IMG/VR virus record: IMGVR_UViG_3300033463_000008
Source: a virus
Taxonomy: Duplodnaviria > Caudoviricetes
Length of the DNA stretch: 64,000 nucleotides
Direction: 5' to 3' (one strand)
Shown: positions 58,006 through 64,000 of the stretch, piece by piece
Layout of the letters: every line of letters starts with the position of its first letter
Numbering within the stretch: position 1 is the first letter of the stretch
Translations under genes and position numbers: made by a program
Notes under the pieces: model-generated
What the model was told of the DNA's origin: nothing
Database searches by the model: none
What the model saw: only the letters and a program-made list of their open reading frames with translations

Positions 58006-59691
58006 ATGACACAAGAAAAGAACAAGAAAGCTGTTGCGGACCTATTTTGCATGGAAGATGCAAGGGCCGTATGTGAAGCCATTGGCGGTCTTGGCCTCAA
58101 TACCGACAATCAGGCTACCGATGATCCACTGGAATACACTCCGGACAATATCCTGGATGTGACAGTGAATGAAAATCCTGATGGTATGCCGGCACTTCCG
58201 CAGTTCACCCCGAAGGAAATGGATAGCGAAACACAGGCATTCGTTGTCGATGAACTTGCCAAGGAATTGCAGGCTGATGGCCGTGAATCCCTTAATGACG
58301 AAGACCTTGTTCCGTTCATGGTGAAAATCAAGGGTGAAAACCGCATTTCCCAGGACTTGACTCCGTTCATTGACCAGATTACTGGTAACGCAAACAACCG
58401 TCTTGCTACCCAGAACGTTTCTGAAGCTCAGCCAAATGGTGTTGCTACTAACCTTACGAATGGTGGTAACGGTGCTGCTCCTGCTGCTCCTGCGGTCGCT
58501 GACCCGACTGCTGGTATGGGTGCACTCCCGCCGGAAGCTCCGGGTGGCCTTGATGCCCCGACCGAAGCTCCTGCTCTCGATGCCAACGCTGGCGACTCCC
58601 TCAACGGCGATGAACTGTGGGGAAATGATTCTGCTGCACCGGGTGCCGAAGGTGACTTCAATCTTGATGTGCCCGAACCGGGTGCCGAGGATGCCTCTGC
58701 TGGTGGCGATGATACATTCAATCTTGACATCGGCGATGAAGGTGGTGAAGCTCCGGCTGGCGATGACACTGACACAATTGGCGAATTGGACTTTGGCGAT
58801 GAAGGCGGTGAAGGCGCATCGGAAGGTGGCGACGCTTCTGCCGAAGGCGGTTCCAGTGAAGACGACCTTTTCAGTGCCCTCGATGGCATGAGCGATGAAG
58901 ATCTCGATGATGGTTCTGATTTGGGTGGTGACACTGGCGACGCCGGTGATGCTGGCGATCTTGGTGATCTTGGCGGTGAAGGTGAAGGCGGTTCCGAAGA
59001 TGAAAAGCCTACCGAAACCGAATGCGCAGCCGCACCTGTTAAAACCGAATGTGGCGAAGCTCCGGCTGACAACACCGACATTCAGCTTGAATCCATCAAG
59101 GCTAACTACGTAGCCAACCTTGCTAAGGAACGTGTCCGTGCAATTACGGAAGCTTATGACCGTAAGCGTGCTTTGGCTGAAAAGCGTGCCCTTTGCGAAA
59201 GCATCATCAGTAATTATCAGGAAAATGAGGCTGCCAAGGAACGCAAGACTGTGGTAGAATCTACCATGGGCGAAAAGTTATCTGAACTTGGTGACAAGGT
59301 TGCCACGCTTTGTGAAAATGCTTCCAAGGATAAGGGCCTCGATGCCAAGCTTGAATCCATTCTTAACAATGTGAAGAAAGGCAAGACGCTCGATGCCAAG
59401 TTCGAATCCATTTTGAGTGGTTCCAATAAGCCGAGGGTTCAATCTTCGTCCAGTGTCTTGGATGCCAAGCTCGAATCCATTCTTGGCAAGGTGAAGGCAA
59501 GCAAGGCTCTCGACGCCAAGCTTGAATCCATCGTCAACAAGGTTTCTGCTGACAAGGCAGTCGATGCAAAGCTCGCCGCCATCGTGGAATCCGTGAAGGC
59601 TCCGAAGGCTGCAGCGGCTAAGGCTCCGCTTGATGCCAAGCTTGAATCCATCATTGCTTCGACCAAACAGAAGATTGCTGCGGCTAAGTAA
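58006..59691 (+). CDS. candidate prohead core/scaffold protein with acidic linker and LDAKLESI repeats
   Basis: AAGGA RBS before MTQEKN (alternative start 57979); long D/G/E-rich segment; six C-terminal repeats. Confidence 0.7.
   Translation: MTQEKNKKAVADLFCMEDARAVCEAIGGLGLNTDNQATDDPLEYTPDNILDVTVNENPDGMPALPQFTPKEMDSETQAFVVDELAKELQADGRESLNDEDLVPFMVKIKGENRISQDLTPFIDQITGNANNRLATQNVSEAQPNGVATNLTNGGNGAAPAAPAVADPTAGMGALPPEAPGGLDAPTEAPALDANAGDSLNGDELWGNDSAAPGAEGDFNLDVPEPGAEDASAGGDDTFNLDIGDEGGEAPAGDDTDTIGELDFGDEGGEGASEGGDASAEGGSSEDDLFSALDGMSDEDLDDGSDLGGDTGDAGDAGDLGDLGGEGEGGSEDEKPTETECAAAPVKTECGEAPADNTDIQLESIKANYVANLAKERVRAITEAYDRKRALAEKRALCESIISNYQENEAAKERKTVVESTMGEKLSELGDKVATLCENASKDKGLDAKLESILNNVKKGKTLDAKFESILSGSNKPRVQSSSSVLDAKLESILGKVKASKALDAKLESIVNKVSADKAVDAKLAAIVESVKAPKAAAAKAPLDAKLESIIASTKQKIAAAK
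59338..59655 (+). repeat. six LDAK(L/F)ESI-type peptide repeats (GATGCCAAGCTTGAATCCAT core)
   Basis: Copies near 59341, 59392, 59461, 59512, 59563 (degenerate), 59632. Confidence 0.85.
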
Positions 59692-59710
59692 TCTGGATTG
59701 AAATTTGAAT

Positions 59711-59738
59711 AGACACCGCCCTTTGGGTGGTGTCTTTC
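59711..59738 (+). terminator. intrinsic terminator
   Basis: AGACACCGCCC-TTT-GGGTGGTGTCTTTC. Confidence 0.75.
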
Positions 59739-59788
59739 TGTTTGCTAGAAGAAGATAGTTTTACATCAACCTTGATAAACTGCAGAAC

Positions 59789-62017
59789 ATGGGACATTTC
59801 AACGGACGACTTAAAGAAGCTATACAGGCCGCTGCCGAGAAGGCTAGGGGGCAGGAGGGCTCGTTTTATGATATCCTCAAATTTTATAAGTTTTTTGATG
59901 TCGCCGATACTGATAATGGATTGACTGATTGGCAGCGGGCAGGAGTCCCGGAAGCGAACCAACATAGGATGAGCGCATTTTGTAGTGCGTTTGCCGATAT
60001 GATTGAGGACTTCCTCGCCAATGATGAATATGGTGTCTTGACTACCGCCATGGAAGATATTGTCAACAAGCTGGACCAGAGAGGTGCCCAGACTGCCGGC
60101 GAAATGGATGTTATCGGTGGCGTTGTAGGCGGATTGACAGGGGGTGCGAGTGAATCGGCTCGCCAAAGCCTTTCTTCTGCAATCGCTGCGGCTATGCAGG
60201 GCAACAAGTTCGACCCTGATGTGCTTCCGCCAATATCCATTGGCCTTAACGGCCTTCCGATTTCCCTGTCCAACTATTACAAGCCCGGCTTTTCACAGCC
60301 CAACTGGCCTTTCCTTTATGAGCATGAAGTTCGGAAAGAAACCGGGTTCTATGAGGGTGATGACGGCTATTTGATGGTTGGCCCGGGCATCCCGCTATCC
60401 CTTGGCGGAAAGGCCAAGATTCTTGTACTGAAGGCTATTTTTGCCGTACCGACTGTCGATGACCACGGAAATCCGGTGGGCGACATGGAAGGCGGGTTAA
60501 GCGAGGAACAGTTCGAAATTGTCAAGAGAGTAATGGACAAGCGCGTCTTGAGCGACTTGACTGATGAAGAAAAGAATTTTAGTCTGACAGCCGAACAGTC
60601 CCGTGCATCCTACTTCCGATATGTCAACATGGTATTGTGGGATGCAGTGTGCAACAAGAACAACTGGGCGTATCTGCACTGGGGCATCCTTTCGCATAAC
60701 TCAATGCCGGAACCGGTCAAGACTGCTGTATGTAGCTTCCTGAAGACAAACGGCTTGGCATTGGACGCCAATATTAATGGTCCTGCAGCGATGATTAGCT
60801 ATTGCTTGAATATCGGCATGGCTTATCTGATTGGTCGCAGGAATCCGGTTACGATCGTCGGTCTCCCTGAACAGGGCTTGAAGGCTATTCCTGAAAAGGG
60901 TTCCAAGGATGTTGAATTTTTGGCAGAAACGGGCAAGGCTGTCCGTTACAACGGAGGAGTCCCGAAGGATTTGAGACTGGCCAAACTGCATTTTACCTAT
61001 ATAGCCGACATCTTGGTTAGACTTACGAACGGGTCGTCCGAATACGATACTGAACTGAGAAAGCGCCGTATTGATGAAGCCAACCTGATTTATGACTACT
61101 GCGGGTTGCCTAAGGTGGAATACGGCATGTCGCCGGCTTCCGTTCCGCCGGAACTGAAGGCTGATGCCCTGGTGAAGCGTGGATTCCTTGACCTGATGCG
61201 CTCCACGATTTACGTATTCCCGAACAAGTCGGGCAACTATGGTTCCGGCGCCAATGTGAAAATCGAGATGCAGTCGAAGAACATCGACCCGGATGGCACT
61301 CGCCTCCAGCCGAGAACCAAGCAGGTGCTCCAGTGGCTTGGTGCACAAATCGGTGTCGATACTATCCAGGTTTCATCCCTTATCCGTGAGCCGGATGTCC
61401 AGGGACGCATCATGTGCGACAACTGGCACATGGGCAAGCGAATTTCCTATGGAAAGGGCGGTACCGCGGTCAATATGGTGTATGTGGACTGGACCAAGAA
61501 GCATGGCGGCACCGAGATTAACTGTGCCAAGCATCTTCCGTACGACACGCTGCTGAAGGTGAATGATGCTGACCTTCCGAAAGTCAGGGAACTGATGAAG
61601 AAGAAGGCAAACGAGGTTGTCGCGAGCGGAATAAAGGTATCAAACCATTGCTGTGACCCGACCATTTACCAGGCGGTCGATATTAGCGCTACCCATCTGG
61701 CGAGATACGGCAGGGCGATATGCGACAAGGCTGTCGCAATATGCGAAGATGCCAAGAAGAGAAAGATTTTGCAGGGCCTCATTCTTCCTGATGGATGGGG
61801 TTCTCCACCGGCAAAGACTGGTGAACCGGCACTCCACATCGAAGTTGACCCGCGCCGGACTGAGCCGGCAATTCCGATGGCGGGGGAGGATCCGTCCGCA
61901 CTTGCGCCGACACCGGGAAGTGATATCCAGATAAGAATTTACAACGAGAACCTTACAAGCAAGGGTGCATTGGATGCGGTCTTTGTAAAGGACTGCGTTG
62001 ACAACAAGAATGCGTAG
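59789..62017 (+). CDS. virion-associated peptidoglycan hydrolase candidate: GH24 lysozyme-like plus M15-like peptidase domains
   Basis: LYEHEV..GFYEGDDGYLMVGPG and LRKRRIDEANLI (GH24-like); VSSLIREPDVQ..SNH..AVDIS..ALHIEV (M15-like, His/Asp/His present); GATAAACT upstream. Confidence 0.6.
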   Translation: MGHFNGRLKEAIQAAAEKARGQEGSFYDILKFYKFFDVADTDNGLTDWQRAGVPEANQHRMSAFCSAFADMIEDFLANDEYGVLTTAMEDIVNKLDQRGAQTAGEMDVIGGVVGGLTGGASESARQSLSSAIAAAMQGNKFDPDVLPPISIGLNGLPISLSNYYKPGFSQPNWPFLYEHEVRKETGFYEGDDGYLMVGPGIPLSLGGKAKILVLKAIFAVPTVDDHGNPVGDMEGGLSEEQFEIVKRVMDKRVLSDLTDEEKNFSLTAEQSRASYFRYVNMVLWDAVCNKNNWAYLHWGILSHNSMPEPVKTAVCSFLKTNGLALDANINGPAAMISYCLNIGMAYLIGRRNPVTIVGLPEQGLKAIPEKGSKDVEFLAETGKAVRYNGGVPKDLRLAKLHFTYIADILVRLTNGSSEYDTELRKRRIDEANLIYDYCGLPKVEYGMSPASVPPELKADALVKRGFLDLMRSTIYVFPNKSGNYGSGANVKIEMQSKNIDPDGTRLQPRTKQVLQWLGAQIGVDTIQVSSLIREPDVQGRIMCDNWHMGKRISYGKGGTAVNMVYVDWTKKHGGTEINCAKHLPYDTLLKVNDADLPKVRELMKKKANEVVASGIKVSNHCCDPTIYQAVDISATHLARYGRAICDKAVAICEDAKKRKILQGLILPDGWGSPPAKTGEPALHIEVDPRRTEPAIPMAGEDPSALAPTPGSDIQIRIYNENLTSKGALDAVFVKDCVDNKNA

Positions 62018-62024
62018 GTAGAAC

Positions 62025-62750
62025 ATGTCCAAGCTGTACACGAAAAAGAAACAGGAATTTGATGACACCGTATTTGGCTATCTGGTGAAACGGTTGACTA
62101 CGCCCATTACGGATAGCGATGCATATCACACTGGCCATGTTGACGAAAAGGGCAATGAAATGAAGGCTCCCGACGACTGGTCGTATACAAGGCTTGATCG
62201 TTTGGTATTTGACCTGAAGGCAATCCTTGGTGACCGGGTGAACAACATTGCGGAATCCTATGCGGATGTTGATTCTTATGCCTTGATGAACGGGAAGGTT
62301 GATGCGGGGAAGTACACGGAAAAATACCATCAGGTGCTTTCGATTATCGAGGAAGCTGCCTACATTCCTCCGGCATTGCGCGGACAGGCCGGGGAAGCTA
62401 ATGAAACCAGTGACCTTCCGATGAGTGACCGTATTTCATTCGCGCTGTCTGTGGCGAACTTCCTACTGTTCTCGGCAAGATTTAGCCGTTTTCCGAATAC
62501 GGTCGAAATTGATGACGAAGTGCTCCCGTCTGTAGAATCGACGTTTGGTGTTCGTGCGCTTGGCTCGCAGCAGGAATTTCTTGATTACGCAAGGAATGCC
62601 AAGATTACCGACGGGCGCGGACTGAACAACAATGGATATGTGCTCCTTGTACGGGCCGCCAGGAAGATTGTGTCTTCTGACATATTGAAGCCACGCAATT
62701 TCGGCGAGCACAATCAGAGCGAGCAATGGAGGATTGTTGCGAATGCATAG
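62025..62750 (+). CDS. conserved T4-like phage hypothetical protein
   Basis: LVKRLTTP..AYHTGHVDEKGN..YTRLDRLVFDLKAIL resembles a conserved hypothetical of T4-like phages. Confidence 0.65.
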   Translation: MSKLYTKKKQEFDDTVFGYLVKRLTTPITDSDAYHTGHVDEKGNEMKAPDDWSYTRLDRLVFDLKAILGDRVNNIAESYADVDSYALMNGKVDAGKYTEKYHQVLSIIEEAAYIPPALRGQAGEANETSDLPMSDRISFALSVANFLLFSARFSRFPNTVEIDDEVLPSVESTFGVRALGSQQEFLDYARNAKITDGRGLNNNGYVLLVRAARKIVSSDILKPRNFGEHNQSEQWRIVANA

Positions 62751-62943
62751 GATGTACAACGGATTGCCATTGTTCGAGGTGGATTTCGGGGACTTCTCCT
62801 ATATAGTCGAATGCGTTATGCATGGTAAGCGCATGTTGGCCCGCAATATCTCTGACAATGGATTGAAGGAATATTTCAATACCGTGCGGCGTGCGAACTT
62901 TGCCGCGACCTACGGGGGCACGGTTATAATTTACGGAAGGTAG
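62743..62943 (+). CDS. small hypothetical protein
   Basis: GGAGG RBS; fills the gap between the preceding gene and the portal gene. Confidence 0.6.
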   Translation: MHRMYNGLPLFEVDFGDFSYIVECVMHGKRMLARNISDNGLKEYFNTVRRANFAATYGGTVIIYGR

Positions 62944-62947
62944 AGTT

Positions 62948-64000
62948 ATGCTTTTCAAGAAAAACAAGACACCGGAAACCCTCTCGTCGAGACTTCTCAA
63001 CTACGAGCGTAATTACGGTATCGGGAACCCGAAAGGGCCGTATTTTGACCGAATTTTTAATCGAATAGACACGGAACGCAAGGTCAATGCTTCCCGGAAC
63101 TCGGTTGCACAGGGCATGAATGACATGATGTTTCCGAACGGGACTACCCCGGACGGTTACAGCACGTTCACGCCGATGCTCGGCATATCCACGGAGTCGC
63201 TGGATCCGGACAAGGTCCAGGACTCGATTGCCCAGAAGGAATGCGACCTGTACTGGCGAAAGAACGTCGAGCGTTCATTGAAGTATGAAACGGTTGCCGG
63301 ACGTTCCGAAGTGAACGAGTCAATCATCCAGATTTGTAACGAGGCTGCGTACAAGGATGACATGGGTGAATCATGTTCCCTTGAAATTGACCCGGATGCA
63401 AAGATTGGCGATGCTACCCAGGACATCCTTCATTCAACCTTCCGTCGCAAGGTTCTTCGCGAGCTTCTCAATTTCCGAATTAACGGCTGGAACTACATGC
63501 GCTATCTGTGCATTCATGGCCGTATCTTCTTTGAAATCGAGTTTGACGAGAACAAGAGCCAGATTCTTGGCTTGAAGATGCTTCGTGAAGAGAACATGAT
63601 TGTCATCTACCATGACGACTTGATTATCGGTTATCGCCAGATGCAGTCGGGCTGGACGAACATGCGCAACGGTGGCAAGAACTACAAGGACTTCTCCCCG
63701 AACCAGATTCTGTACGCATCTCTCGACATGACAGGTCCTGGCGGCATCAATGACCCGCGTTCTATTCTGGAACCGGCAATGAAGCCATATAACCAACTCA
63801 ATACCATTGAGGATAGCGTTGTCATGTACCGTATTCTCTGGGGTCAGGAAAAACTGGTCATGAAGGTCGATACGGGTAACATGCCGAAGGATAAGGCCGA
63901 GAAGTACATGAAGGACCAGGCCAAGGTCTTCTCCCGTAAGCTGGATTACAATTCGCAGACTGGCGAAGTGACGAACTTTGGTAAGGCAATCGGCTTGACC
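62948..64000 (+). CDS. portal vertex protein (T4 gp20-like), runs off the window end
   Basis: Hand translation from ATG 62948: ...SILEPAMKPYNQLNTIEDSVVMYRILWGQEKLVMKVDTGNMPKDKAEKYMKDQAKVFSRKLDYNSQTGEV, matching the gp20 core. Confidence 0.92.
   Translation, partial: MLFKKNKTPETLSSRLLNYERNYGIGNPKGPYFDRIFNRIDTERKVNASRNSVAQGMNDMMFPNGTTPDGYSTFTPMLGISTESLDPDKVQDSIAQKECDLYWRKNVERSLKYETVAGRSEVNESIIQICNEAAYKDDMGESCSLEIDPDAKIGDATQDILHSTFRRKVLRELLNFRINGWNYMRYLCIHGRIFFEIEFDENKSQILGLKMLREENMIVIYHDDLIIGYRQMQSGWTNMRNGGKNYKDFSPNQILYASLDMTGPGGINDPRSILEPAMKPYNQLNTIEDSVVMYRILWGQEKLVMKVDTGNMPKDKAEKYMKDQAKVFSRKLDYNSQTGEVTNFGKAIGLT

Noticed and set aside
1-64000. Stop-codon reassignment as seen in some large gut phages
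   Set aside because: Genes are full length and densely packed under code 11; TAG and TAA (and TGA, e.g. 27658, 31658) end genes normally

Overview
The window is a 64-kb piece of a large T4-related (probably jumbo) dsDNA phage genome using the standard genetic code. T4-type replication and recombination genes are present: RNase H/5'-3' exonuclease, UvsW, UvsX/RecA, gp41 helicase, gp61 primase, gp32 SSB, gp45-like clamp and gp43 family B polymerase. They are interleaved with a RuvC-type resolvase, DnaJ, a DUF4422 glycosyltransferase, a gp25-domain baseplate protein, two peptidoglycan-hydrolase-domain virion proteins, many unknown late (probably head-internal) proteins and the 5' part of the gp20 portal gene. 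Three recurrent promoter-like motifs are visible: TATAAACT (late-like), TTGCTAYATTT (replication genes) and RTAGTTT. The most unusual items are five. (1) A replicon-like module at 4.5-6.6 kb: direct repeats, an AT-rich tract and a pseudoknot/switch-capable leader upstream of a wHTH + family-A-polymerase-like protein. (2) A tnpA-less IS200/IS605 element with intact TnpB and a very compact putative omega RNA, inserted into a late-promoter motif that it regenerates. (3) Helically phased DnaA-box-like TGTTGATA arrays upstream of rnh and uvsX. (4) Two different sliding-clamp-like proteins. (5) A multi-HTH/glycosyltransferase-fold fusion. All protein calls come from motif recognition by eye, with no database searches. 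The host is unknown; an FCB-group bacterium such as Fibrobacter is only a guess.
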